64,000 bases of DNA from Fimbriosthenelais zetlandica (Eukaryota): contig OZ365114.1 of assembly GCA_977030845.1 (NCBI GenBank), forward strand, positions 27,218,001 to 27,282,000, written 5' to 3'. This document shows, piece after piece, positions 51,270 to 63,674 of this stretch; within the stretch, counting starts at the first letter, position 1, and each line of letters starts with the position of its first letter. Position numbers and translations under genes: made by a program. Below the pieces are notes generated by a model, which saw only the letters and a program-made list of their open reading frames with translations, searched no databases and was not told the DNA's origin.

Positions 51270-51440
51270 AGGAATAATTTGATCCTCATACAAAGAAGGG
51301 AACCACATCAACACAAGTGATTTTTAAAGCCCCATAAACATTAAATTACAATAGAAATAAATTTGATCCTGACACAAAGAAGGGTCCCAAATATGAATAA
51401 AAGTTATTTTAAAAGCTTCACAAAGCCTTGAAATACTAAA
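51270..51440. repeat. 84-bp diverged tandem duplication
   Basis: atttgatcct.a.acaaagaaggg at 51277 and 51361. Confidence 0.7.
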
Positions 51441-52184
51441 TATCTGAATATTTTTTGAATATTTATGCTTGGCACTTTAGGAGCATCTCCATGAGAATGA
51501 TTGAGTGAGAGGACCACACAGATTGAAGGTTTGATTCGGGGCTGTACATGGGCTAAGAGTTATTCATGTATGAATCCAAGAGGTCATGACCTTTGGGTGA
51601 GTTCAACCAATCACAGGGTATGTAAGGGAGCGTGTACGGGAGTAATGAATGGGCAGGAGGGGAGAGGGGAGGAAGGGGGATCAGGGGGAGGGATTACGGA
51701 GGACCTGATACTTGTACATGTTTTCCTGAAGAAGACATCTACAGCCTTCCTCAGGGATATGCGGGGCATAGTGTCAGAAAGAGAGAGGAGAGAGAGAAAA
51801 GAGGGGTAGAGGGAGGGTGAGAGAGAGGGAAAGAGGGAGAGAAGGAACGAGAAATTAGTGAGTGAGTTAGGGAAGGTGGCTGGATGGGAAGGTGGTTGGG
51901 AGGGAAGGAGACAGAGAGAGAGGGAAAGAGGAGACAGGGAGAGAGAGAACTAAAGAGAGACAGAGAAACATACAAAAGGAGAAAAGTGGGGCATAGTTTG
52001 GGAGAAAAGGCTTGAATTGATAAAGAACGTCATATTTGTGTCCAAAGTATCATCAATTCTGTATAACAATATATTTCCCTGGGTACTTTTGCCCAACATG
52101 CAGCCAGACTGGAGCTATACAGGACAATAACGAGCTTCTCAATCCCACAAAAAAACAACCAGGAGCAGCTCCTGTCTCTGATGT

Positions 52185-52275
52185 AGCGCGAACGTCACTT
52201 AGAGCTACGTGATGACGTCATTTAATGACAAGCCTGGCGTCTGTGTGACGTGACGTCAATACGCCGCCATATTGA
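52185..52275. promoter_or_regulatory. Candidate intronic enhancer: two full CRE sites plus a YY1-like site
   Basis: TGACGTCA at 52213-52220 and 52251-52258, GCCGCCATATT at 52263-52273, and locally CpG-rich sequence. Confidence 0.5.
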
Positions 52276-53653
52276 TGTGATCCAGTGAGCATGACATATC
52301 ATAATGTGATTCAATCAAAGAGATGATATGGGAATCTGAAATAGAACCCAGCCTCAAAAATACCGATGCTCTCATCTCGTATGAAAACGAGGATCATAGG
52401 GGAGTTAAAAAGATAAAGCAAAGCCTAGAGCTCTGCTTATATACTCTTCCAATATGTTAAAACAAAGATAGCGACTGGTTAAGGGAATTTCAGCATGGTT
52501 GAGAATTCCACTTCTTATGAATATAGCCTTAGCAGCTGGCATGGCGTTAAATCACCATTCAATCATTCTTACCATTAATAACATGAAATGTGGTAAGGCT
52601 CCAACTAAAAATCGTTCGTTAAGTTCATTTACGAACTGTGATATATGAAATTTCGTGCATAGTCTTGTTAAGTAAACAATTCATGGAGATCATTCCAAAC
52701 TACAGAAACTAAGATAAATACACGCTTTAGGCCTAGTAGAGGGTTGAGTGATGGTGGAGGGGGAAAACGTTAACCCCGGTAAACTTGTGTAAGTGGTAGG
52801 ACGGGGTAGGAACAATGCGGGGTCGTGTAGTACCCCGCCCCATCCATTACTCCACATAACCATCTTCCTGAATTATATGTTACATTAGTTGGCCACCACG
52901 TGGCGCACAGATCACTTACAGAGGGCCCCGGATGCATACCAATAATACGGAGGGGGGAGGGGAGGTGGAGGGAAGAGCCGGAGGGAGGGAGGGAGATTAT
53001 CTGTTATCATGGGGACAGTTGGTTGGGCGGGAGTAAAGTATGATAACGCGGGATTAGGGGGGTTGATATGAAGGTAGAGGTCCGTATGTTGGGATGGGAA
53101 GAAAGATGGCTGTACTGTAGGGCTTTGTAGATGATGTATTATAAAATGTGCATGCGACATCGTGTATAAAGTCTTATTAATAGGCAACAACATCTTCAAA
53201 GCCCTTAATAATAGGCACCTAGATTAAGTTTGATTTGTAACGTATTTGTAACATATTTGTAAACAAAAACAGTATTCTATGATTATCCTAAAATCCTAAT
53301 TATATATGTCTGTCGAAAACCGGAGTTTCATACTGGAATCTGAAACAGAAGAGGGCAGAGGAAAGGAAGGAAAGAACTGGAAGAAGGGGTGCAAAGAAGA
53401 AGAAAAGTAAAGAGGAGCTGGTGATGGGGATGTTGGAGCAAAGAGTTATAGCCAAGGGTGGAGGAAAATGGGAAAACCAACAAGGAATGACCGTCAAGGG
53501 AGACCCCGGGGAATAAAACTGGGAAAAGGGTAGGGGAAGGATGAAGATTGAAGAGAAATGATTTGATCCCGGTGACATAGGCATCTGGTACATATACATA
53601 AATGGGTTTGAGACGCCCGAGTCAAATCCCAATGCTTGTGAACCACTGGCAGG

Positions 53654-53878
53654 CCACTGCACATAAAGTAGTCTCAAGAGCATGGTAGATTGTGCCATCC
53701 TGCCAGCGTTAACCTAAGGCACTGCACAAAACAGGGTTGGGAGAGCCAGGGAGATTGTCCACTCATTCCCACTGCACAGAAATAAGCCGAAAAAGCCTGG
53801 CGGATTGAGCCGACACTTCCGATAGCATCTGGTAGTGCACTGCACATAATCAGGTCTTGAGACGCTGGGAAATTGTGC
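53654..53878. repeat. Four 42-bp units with conserved ends and variable middles
   Basis: Units at 53654, 53719, 53769 and 53837 each begin (g/c)cactgcaca and end attg(t/a)(g/c)c exactly 42 nt later. Confidence 0.75.
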
Positions 53879-55308
53879 CAACATTAACCTTGTAGATAAA
53901 TGTTTGTGATGGGTTATAGGGATAATGTACAGGTGATGAGGGCATCCTGCCCATGTAATACATCTGTCCTACACATGACAAATCCTATAAGAAGGTTCAC
54001 ATTAAGGCTTTTATCGCCAATAACGGTTTTATCCTTCAGCAAATGTTATAAGTTCATTGTACATATGTGAACAGGGACTCCATGCAGCTTGCTTCAGACA
54101 AGCTTCAATCCTAAATTCCGATAAAGATCTTTTTCCCTTCCATTTCTCATCCAGTAGATTGGTATGAAGAAAGTTTGAAAAATATTGAGTGCATTGAACA
54201 AGGTTTTCTTGCTGAAATATGCCGATCGGATGATGTTCACCAAGAAGGGAAAAGAATGTCTGGTAATAAAAATAGACATTTTTCATTGATTTAAAACCAA
54301 TCCCTTTCCCTGGAACTTGTCCTCCTACTTGTTTTTACCATCTGTTAAGTACTCAGCGGGGGGTCTTCTCCCTGTAAAGAACATTACAGACAGGACTGCT
54401 TCATTTATTACTGTCACGTACCTTAAGTGAGTGTGCCGGGAACAAATAAATGTGTCATTTCTTTAAGAGTTTTTATTGAGACAGGGGATCACAAATCATC
54501 CCCAAGTGACATTAGTCCCTGGTGCGGAGACGTTATAAAAGGCCATGGTTCTTAACACAAGCAGTGAAGGGGCAACAAGGGTGCTATAGACAACAAAAAT
54601 ACAACGTTATTTATTTGAGACGTTATACTGGGATGGGGAAGGGGAAGATCCCTGAGGGAGATTGGGTGTTGTAGCCTAACAAAGTCCCTTTAATACAGCA
54701 CTTGCAATTCAGAGATGCAATGCATTACAATCAGGTGAAAAAACATGATATGAAATGTAATATCATACTATGATGAACTAACATAAAAGATGAACTATCA
54801 TAAAAGTTGTAATGTAGTTCAAGATCTTTCAGATTTGTCTGTCTCTCTCAGTTGGGATGTCCGTCGGGGTCTTTCCCTGACAGGAGAGATACACACAAAC
54901 ACCCCCACTTCTCTCGTCTCTCTCTCGTCTCTCTCTTTCACTCCCTCTCTTTCTCTCTCTCTTTCTCACCCTCCCTCTCTTCCCTCTTCACTGTCATTGC
55001 TCCCACATTCTCCTTCTCTCCCTCTCTTCATCATATTCTCTCATCTAATCCTTTTCCCCTCGGTTCCCCCTATCTTCCATGGCCTGTTCATCAGTGTATA
55101 ATGAGCTTTTCTCAGGGTGGGTAGAGATATTAATGAGTATGCCAATACAGGCACAATTCTGACCGATGAGGGAGAGGCAAGTAGGGAGGTAAACTGATAA
55201 TCATCAAAGACAAGCTACCTCAACAAATACTAATTCCACAAACATTGAACAAATGAAATTTTCCTCTCATGCTGAACTCCTCAATAGACTTCTCTGTATC
55301 TATTCAAA

Positions 55309-55650
55309 GGCAGAATTGTCATTGTTAATTTCATAAAATGGCAGTATTGTCATTGGGAGTTTCATAAAATGGCAGTATTGTCATTGGGAGTTTCATAAAA
55401 TGGCAGTATTGTCATTGGGCATTTCATAAAATGGCAGAATTGTCATTGGGAATTTCATAAAATGGTAGTATTGTCATTGGGAGTTTCCTAAAATGGCAGT
55501 ATTGCCATTGGGCATTTCATAAAATGGCAGTATTGTCATTGGGAGTTTCATAAAATGGCAGTATTGTTATTGGGAGTTTCATAAAATGGCAGAATTGTCA
55601 TTGGGCATTTCATAAAATGGCAGAATTGTCATTGGGCATTTCATAAAATG
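55309..55650. repeat. 31-bp minisatellite, 11 copies (ggcagtattgtcattgggagtttcataaaat)
   Basis: Head-to-tail units with no spacers and constant period 31. Confidence 0.97.
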
Positions 55651-58394
55651 ACAACCTCATCATATTGGTACAAAAAACTCTAGTGTTAGTTAAATGCCCC
55701 CAGCTTCTGTGTATAACTCCTGCCCCACCACCAGGGCCTAGTTAATCCTTGGCACACCAGGAGGGGGAGGCACCATCTTCCGCCGCCGCCGCCATCTTGG
55801 GATTAACACCCTGATGGGGATTTATGGAACTACTTTCACGGGGATTATCACCAATTCAATAAGTCAAGATCGCTGTGACTTTGGAGCGTGGTAAAAACAC
55901 AACAGCCCCCGGTGCCCTGCTGCCCTGGGCCTTCACTGCGAGGTAAAAATGGAGGAATTGCTAGCGTGCCACCTGAAAATCGTCCGTGAATGGGTGTTTA
56001 CTGTGACAACTGAACGTCAATATTAGTTTGCTCTTAAATGTAAATTATACATTCGCTTTTAGTGGGTAATAGGGTGAGCTAACGGGTTTGCTGAACAAAT
56101 TGCCGGTACAAAAAGCCGTTTCGCGTCCCATTCAATTGGGGAAGTTCCATGGTCGTTTTTTGTTTCTTTAGCCCCTCCAGGGTGGGATGATTTTAATGGC
56201 TTTATTATGCTTGAGAGATCTTTATTGTGTGAGGTGATCACGGCGGGTGTCGTGAGGAATTGAGGTACAATATTGAATGTTTCAATTATGGATATTTCAT
56301 TTGATTTAGTGAAAGTGGGTGGCAGGGGGTGGGTGAATTGATTTGGTCGCTGGATATGGAGTGAAAAACGAGCAGGAGACAGTCGTTCAGTCCTGTTTAA
56401 GGTAAAATCTTTAAAGGCAAAATGAACAAATTGAAATAGAATTGATATTAATGTCTTTTGTCCAAAAGAGTCTACACGTAACTCGAGAGCTTGTACCTAT
56501 TGACAGACAATCCCTCCTCCTTCCTACTCTGGGAAGGGTCAGCCGAGGTTGGAAGCGACTCAAATTGATAGTCGATTTTATTTTTGGTCCTTTTCTAACA
56601 AATAAAAAGAGCCAAAGACTTGCGCAATTCTAGGTGTACGTCTACATACAAGACATCATTAAACAGCAACATAGCTGATTATTATAATGATATGATAGGA
56701 AGTAGAACAACCTTCAGTCTGTCCTTAACTTTAGTAGGTTTCATTTGAATTCAAACTTTAAAAACTGTATTTTACGATCTGCTATAGTCGCCAGGGTGCG
56801 TGTTGATTTCAGTCGTTATGTAACCATGACAACAGACCCACAATGCAGCAGCCTAATAGCTGTCACTGACCTTCAGGCGTCGCCGCGGTAATTATTGACC
56901 ATATTATATTGGAAAAAAGAACGAGCGACCTTTTTTTCAGCAGTTAAAATGATTATTTTCTCAAAATCGACATCGGGCCTTCTATTACAGCTCTACTTTT
57001 CACTTGTAAATATGAAAGCTGTAACTGCTGAAGGATTGCACTTAAAACGCACCCAATGCGCACTCAACTCAACGCAATAACTTATTATGTTCAATATCTA
57101 ACTGAAGGAAAATTGTGAAAAAAGTGAATTTAATTCAATGGACCCTGAATCATATCAGATATCATATTTTCATTATTAAGCTCTTGTATTACAGTCTGTC
57201 CAAACCAATATGAGCCGAAACCACCTTAGAAATGCACTGTTGTTTCGGGTCAAGACATTAGCATTTGCATTAAATGTCAGGCCAATATATGAGTTATTTG
57301 AATTTCCTCATACAAAATCATGGAACATTCATATTATATCTCCGAAAGAGATTAGTATTGAGGGCAAGCAAGCACTGCACCAACTGTTACACCAATGTTT
57401 TCAAAGCGATCAATAAGAAAGAGTTACAGTTATCCAGCCCAGTGTACCAGAAATCTCCTTCCTTTTTAACCACTGGCCATTCCCCCTTGACTGAGCACCT
57501 CCCTCCTGACCTATTTAGGTTATTTAAAGGTCATGGAGCAAGTCGTGAGCAGTTGGCCTTCATCCCCTACCAATCCCACTATTTAGAGATATGCTTCCTG
57601 TCCCCCGTGTAAGCGGGTAACAGCCCATAAGGGCTATTTTTTGCCATTTTACCAGGGTCAGATGGCGTATCAGTGTCGGCAGTGTAGGTTCACATTTCAC
57701 AGGGCCGGGGTAAAGCTCGCACTTAATTGGACCATGCTCACAAAGCGCTCTACTGGAAAAGTCAATAAGGAAGTGATTAGAGGGAAAGAGAGGGTGAATG
57801 GGAGATAGGGAAAAAGGGAACAGGATGAATTGAAAGGGAGCAATGAGGAGGGAAAGGGAAAGGGAGACAGCAGTGATACAAGCTTCTGTGAAGATCAGAA
57901 AGGTTCCACTTAGAGCAACATATTATTAAGGACTAAATATTTTTATGAATAATTACGACAGGATGTGTTTTGCATGTTCATGTTGAATGAATCTACCAGG
58001 TATTGCAACAATTTATCGAGTCTGGGACTGAAAATCTGAAGGGAGAGTCATGGCTGCAGCAAATTGCTCGCATACGTTCAATAAATACAGAAAGAATAGG
58101 GATGAAGATTAGGGTGGGTCAAGAAGGGATTCTGTGGTTCTTTTTTGCACAAATCCCTTCAGATCCCCACATGTGTAGCTCGGTCATGGCCATTCCCAGC
58201 TCTCCCCCACGTGAACCTCAGTACATTTGCTTGAGGCGTAAATCAAACTATTGTGGACAAATCAATAGTATGTGTCATATTAGACGTGGCTGGGGGCGGA
58301 ATGTTGTCATCAGTGTCACTCAGCATTGAACATCCCTAACACAACTGACAATCTCTCTCCAATCAACTCCTCAACTCACACATTCCACATGTAC

Positions 58395-58544
58395 AGGCAG
58401 TATCCCACTGCTGCTATTCTGCTTGCAACACTAACTGCGACAAAGGTGATGCTGCCAGTGGAGGACGGCCTTAAGACTTTGGACACACTATCCTTTGTCG
58501 CAGCATAATATCGCAAGCAAAATCGCAGCAATGGAGTACTGCCT
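58395..58544. mobile_element. MITE family B copy 2 (internally deleted)
   Basis: Shares tgcgacaaaggtgatgct, ccagtggaggacg and ctttgtcgcagc...tcgcaagcaaaatcgca with 30565-30776. Termini are AGGCAGTA / TACTGCCT, with a right-hand TAA. Confidence 0.8.
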
Positions 58545-59019
58545 TAAGAGTCGCTGCGAGCATCTCTCATTTGTTGAACAATTGTTCAATTCTTAGTACA
58601 CGAAAGAACGTACCCGTATATTAGATATTCTACAGATATTGAGATAAATATGATTTTTGAAAAGACATTAATCTAAAGACAGTGGTACCACTATAAATCA
58701 CCCGTCGTAAAGTTGTATGCTCCAGAAAATGTGCTAAGATTTAGAGATCAACATCTGAATGAAATAACTTTACATGCATAATGCAGTCCCTTAATCAAAC
58801 AGCTGAATTTTTGAATTCTAAAACTTGCCTTTTTGCTGAGCATCAATTTAAATATTCTCTTCAATCATTCCCAATCAATCAGGCTTTCCAGCTTCATTAC
58901 CATATTTGGCAAATCTGCCCAGTCAATGCTAAGCCTTTCCCAGTACACATATTTGTGTATATTTTATTCCTGTGCATTAAGGGAGCATATTGAGCATCAT
59001 TAGTAGGCCAGGGTTAACA

Positions 59020-59280
59020 TCCGGGCAACACATGGTAACCTGACATGTAACCAAGGTAACATGCCATCTTATACATGGACGACCTCACCAATGTGTGCTA
59101 CAAGCTTATGAACCGCGACGTCATTAATCGCTCTTATGTCGCCATGGCAAATTGTACGTCATCAATCACGTGACACACTTGTCTTAATCTGTCCTGGTGG
59201 AGCTGGGATGAACTATATTGACGTGGAATATTCATAACGCATATCCCACGGCGTGCTGTAGTTGTTACTAAGCAACCAAT
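59020..59280. promoter_or_regulatory. Candidate intronic enhancer: RFX X-box cluster with CRE/E-box words
   Basis: GTAACCAAGGTAAC at 59047, GTCGCCATGGCAAA at 59138, GTTACTAAGCAAC at 59264, plus GACGTCA, TCACGTGA and TGACGTGG. Confidence 0.45.
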
Positions 59281-59468
59281 CTTCAGCCATCTTTAAAGTT
59301 ACATGTACATGTACATGGTCATAAAGTCCATATATTGCGAGACTAATTTGACTCATATATTTTGTCCATTAGCAACATACTGTACTTATAATACACGTTC
59401 TGCCAATTTAATTAAAAACTAATTGAACTGAGTATGGACAAAACCTTTGTATAGCATTCATCACTGCA

Positions 59469-59523
59469 CCAGGGGCCTGTTTCATAACCATAGGCTACAG
59501 TTTTGTTATGAAACAACCCCTAG
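59469..59523. mobile_element. 55-bp fold-back mini-element with family C-like termini
   Basis: caggggcctgtttcataac ... gttatgaaacaacccctag around a 16-nt spacer. Confidence 0.6.
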
Positions 59524-61108
59524 ATATATAGATACAGTCTTGTGAACATTTCCTAACATTTAGCACACTCTGGGCCTTCTCAGAGTGCGTTATACAGTGC
59601 ATTATATCATATAACCCACGGCCCAACAATGCATTATCCATCACTGATCAGCAGATGTACTGATACAGTATTATGAACATTTAAAACCATTCCTTTTGCC
59701 ACCTCAACGGTCAATGTGAATAGAATGAACGCATTGTCATTTCATTATGAATCTCTGAACATGACACCTATATAGCTATATTTTGAGCATGAACAGACTT
59801 GTTATTTCTGTAAGAATAAGAACATTCCTTCTGTAGGTTCACCTCATTCAGTGACCCCTCACCATACAGTACGCATTTAATATCAATCCCCCTCTGAATA
59901 CAATCAAGTACAATGACCTTAGTATACCTCAATATTTGCTGCTTATAGACGCCATATGATATATCCATCTATAGGACCGGAAATTGCGACCTCCTTTATT
60001 ATGATTGGATGAGACCTTCCTGCGCAGGGTGCTGTTAACCAATGACGTGGCAGTGAAATACGATCAAATGAAATGCTCAGAATGTGTCTATTATCGCCCA
60101 TTGTTAGAGTGACTGCCGCCAATAGGCAATAAAGCCATAGACTCTGCAAGTAACTTTATACTTACTCTGTCACTAATCGAAACATCTGACCTTAGAAACT
60201 AAAAAAAGATTACAGAGTTGTCAGCACTAGCACTGCATGTTCATAAAACAAATTTTATGACCTGTTCTCCCAAGGTTGGTCAACCGAAGCCTCAAGCAAC
60301 GCCCAGTATCTATTCACAGTTCAGTTCAGGAATTGAAGGCATTTTATTTAGAAATCACTAGAAGATAAAACAACTTTTGAAACTGATTAAATCAAATTAT
60401 CAATACGATAATACTGCAAGTACTGCATCAAAAAGTCTCTTAGACTAATTTCTGTTTTTGGTCTATAGTTCCATTTGACAATCTGCCTCAGATGATCTTT
60501 TTGTATTTTCCACTACTTACATGCAGTTTGAGTCTAAACAGTTGAGTGAAAACAAATGTTCCTGTCACAGGTGCAGTCTTCTTCCACTTCCATCATCGTA
60601 AAACAACTACCCGGATAGGACATTTAAAGGTCAGAACTCCAGATCAAAGGCCAATGTGAGTTTGCTTTGAGATATGTTTCAGAGTTTCTCTCTCTCCAAA
60701 ATCTCTTCTCTGAACTCTAATTCTATGGATTGTACTTTCTTAAGAGGACGGCAGGCCAGGCGGTATATAGCTTAAAGGCCATACAGCAGGCCTTCTGGTT
60801 CTGGTAAAGGTCAGTTTGTCTGTAACCTGGTCACGATCAGTGACATGCATTACTGCTGCTATAATTTCTTGTTAACTGACATGCTCAATGGTCTCATACA
60901 CCCTGTCTTTGATGTGCCATCGTGAGCTGAGTAAAGCTAGTTTGTTTAATAAGGGGCTTGTTATCATGGGTAGCGCCATAGAGACATTATGAGGTGTTAA
61001 GAGAATTGTACCACAGTCATTCCCCATCTTGGTATCTTTTCCCAAAGTTCGCAGTTTATTTCGCAATGTTCTTCTCCCTCACTCCCAGCCTGTGTCTCTG
61101 TCGCCCCC

Positions 61109-61139
<31 letters not shown>

Positions 61140-61699
61140 ACTATATCTCTCCCTCTCTTTTCCTCCTTTATCTCTTTGCTTCTCACTCTTGCATTTAACA
61201 ACCAGTTCCAGTTATAACATCATTCAGCATCAAACCAACTCACTTTGTCATTTATCCTCCAGAGATACCATCAGAAAAGAGCAAAGAAAACAGAATAAAT
61301 GACAAAAATCAAGTCAATACACTCACGGGCCTGTCGACTGATATATGGGAACCCTTTGTTCCCAATCGAATCAATCTTAAGAAATAATTTATACGGGGAT
61401 CGATGCCTCCCACTGGGGCTGGCCATGAATCTATTCCTGTGGTTTTTGTCAGTCTGACTTCCGCGCCTCTACGTATAGAGAAATTTGCAGTACTTCAACT
61501 TTAAGACCTGCAGATATTGACTTAATTTTTCTCCTCTAAGCTATATCGACTTTTCAGATGGTATTTTCCATGACAGGCCAGGAGAGTAACTATACAAGGG
61601 GCTGCTGGTGTATTCACCAGTATAGGACAACAAGAAACACAGCTCACAAAGATCCTTATAAAGCATTAAGTCAATCTATGAATCGCCTTTTGATCTCTG

Positions 61700-61950
61700 A
61701 TGTCGAATAACATAAATCTCCAGGCTATAAAGACTGGACTTTGTAACAAGGCCGAGATGATACTTTATCATGTATCGGGAGTCAGGCATAATAAGATCGA
61801 GATTCAGACTTAATACAATCTCTGGAAATAGGCCAGTGTTTAGTATTGCTTTTTCTAGCCATGTGGAGTCATTATAGAAAAAAGTGAATTTGAAACCTTT
61901 CTGGGCCTGTTGAGTTTTACTATTTCTATACATGTACGGTACACATGGGT
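61700..61950 (-). mobile_element. Decayed CR1/L2-type RT fragment
   Basis: Stop-interrupted STGPERFQIHFF ... TKHWPIS ... IHDKV ... QSL*PG, in the order of the GPDG / RPIS / QxGFRPG RT motifs. Confidence 0.35.
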
Positions 61951-63582
61951 ACAAAAAGTGACTTTGGGATCTTCTTCGGGACAGGACTGTATGGGAAGTA
62001 GTAGCCAATTCCACTATATACCCTTACTGGGATAATGACTGGGCTATAATCACGTTAGACCAGAAGTCATTGTGGGGAGCCTTGCAGTGACTAACTACAA
62101 TCAGCATTAATCTTGGTGAGCCTTCCCCAGTCAGCACAGCTTCCTCCTCTTTACCTTACGGATACCTTACCATCAGACCGTAACGTGAGCCGTGGTATTT
62201 CACAGTGTAAACAGTCATTCACAATGGTTCCACTCACTGGTCTCCCTATACCAGATACCCTACCCCTATACATGCTCCGACTGAGGAAGACAAAACTACC
62301 TCCATAAGAAAGGGCCATTAATGGTGTGGGTAGGCCTAGAAACTCCATTTTTATTATTTTTTGGATAAAAGTTTCTATTTACGAATGAATTGAAGCACTC
62401 GTTTCTGTGAAGTACAGTATTATGTGCCATTATAATAAGGTGCCATCAAACCTTATTTGTGAAGATAAACCAATTTTAGAAGGCTTCTCAAACTTAATTG
62501 TAAACCATTGTTCAACTTTCACTCTCTATAGTATAAAATATCATCTCCTAGCAGATATGTACCTAAACAGCCGGCATTGTGTTCGTGAAATAAGGAAAAT
62601 CCCCTTGTAAAACTTGTATATACGCTATAATAGTAGAGTGCCTTTATGACTGGTAGTCTAATGAACTGCCTTCTCATCTTACCCTGTGTATACAAGTGTG
62701 GCTTGTATTGCCTGCGCCTATTTACAGTGAGAAATGACAGATTATCTCACAGTCTATTCATCCCCACCACCACATACACATCCTTCATTCTCCTCCCCTT
62801 CTCTCCCTTCGTTTACCCACATTCTTCCCCATCTCTATCCTCTATAACACTGTAAACTCTACACGACCATTTCTCTTCAATAGCTCAACATCAAACATCT
62901 GGCATTACAGCCATTTCTACACCACCATTTTGACATGTATTCTCCAATGCTTCCCAGTAGATCTATCTTTCAGTCAACTGCTCAGAATATTTGATAAATA
63001 CAGAAAGTTTTCCTTATCCTGCTCCAACTCAAAGTCGTTTAAGTCTACACAGTGCGGACTTTAAACACGTTTCACAAAGTGGACCATCTGAGCAGAATAC
63101 TGAATGAATTTTCAATGAAAGCTAGATGTTTTCAATGGATCAGGCCGACAGCTTGGTGACCGGATCAATCATTTAGTTTGTTTTTTCAGTGTGAGTGATA
63201 AGTTTGTTATTGCCTTTTCGACCTGAGTCAATTCACCATTACCACATACTACTTATCCCCCGTGCCCGGGGAAAAGCACCATTTGTGTGCACTACTAACA
63301 TGACTTCTCCATCTATGTCTATACTGGAGGTCCATGGGCTTATCATAGTGGTGACAAAAATGTCAAAAAAATATATATACAGAATACGAAAGTACACACC
63401 GACGAGAAGACACATAAATGTCGGTGAAGTAATACTGTTGAGGGAGAATATTCATATGAGTGTTCCACAAAGAAACAAAATTGAAAATACATCATAGTTG
63501 AATCAACTATAACAGTACGTATCTTGAACGTATGCATGATCAAGGAATCATTAAAATTTGTTAAGGACCAAGAACTACTTAC

Positions 63583-63663
63583 CCAGTGGTTGTGCCACTT
63601 GTTTTGTATGAAAGCTGGACCAAGGGCCCTCGCTGGATTAATACCACAACCCGTTAATCTCAC
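63583..63663 (-). CDS. Aquaporin (MIP family) internal exon: second NPA loop ([27 protein letters not shown])
   Basis: 81-nt phase 0/0 exon bounded by acceptor ...ttttgattgcag and donor GTAAGT. It encodes GCGINPAR (NPA motif plus ar/R arginine). Length and boundaries match the 81-nt third exon of classical aquaporin genes. Confidence 0.96.
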
Positions 63664-63674
63664 CTGCAATCAAA

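Larger units (their letters stand above)
41577..63582 (-). other. 22,006-bp GT-AG intron of the aquaporin gene
   Basis: Defined by the in-frame join of the two flanking exons. I found no other MIP-like coding sequence between them. Confidence 0.88.

Noticed and set aside
51481-51596. Plus-strand exon-like segment
   Set aside because: Stops in all frames and moderate splice sites; expected by chance.
53654-53878. RAG/Transib recombination signal sequences (CAC-starting motif)
   Set aside because: No CACAGTG heptamer with a 12/23 spacer and nonamer; resemblance is limited to CAC.
55309-55650. CRISPR-like array
   Set aside because: Units are head-to-tail with no unique spacers, there are no cas genes, and the context is eukaryotic.
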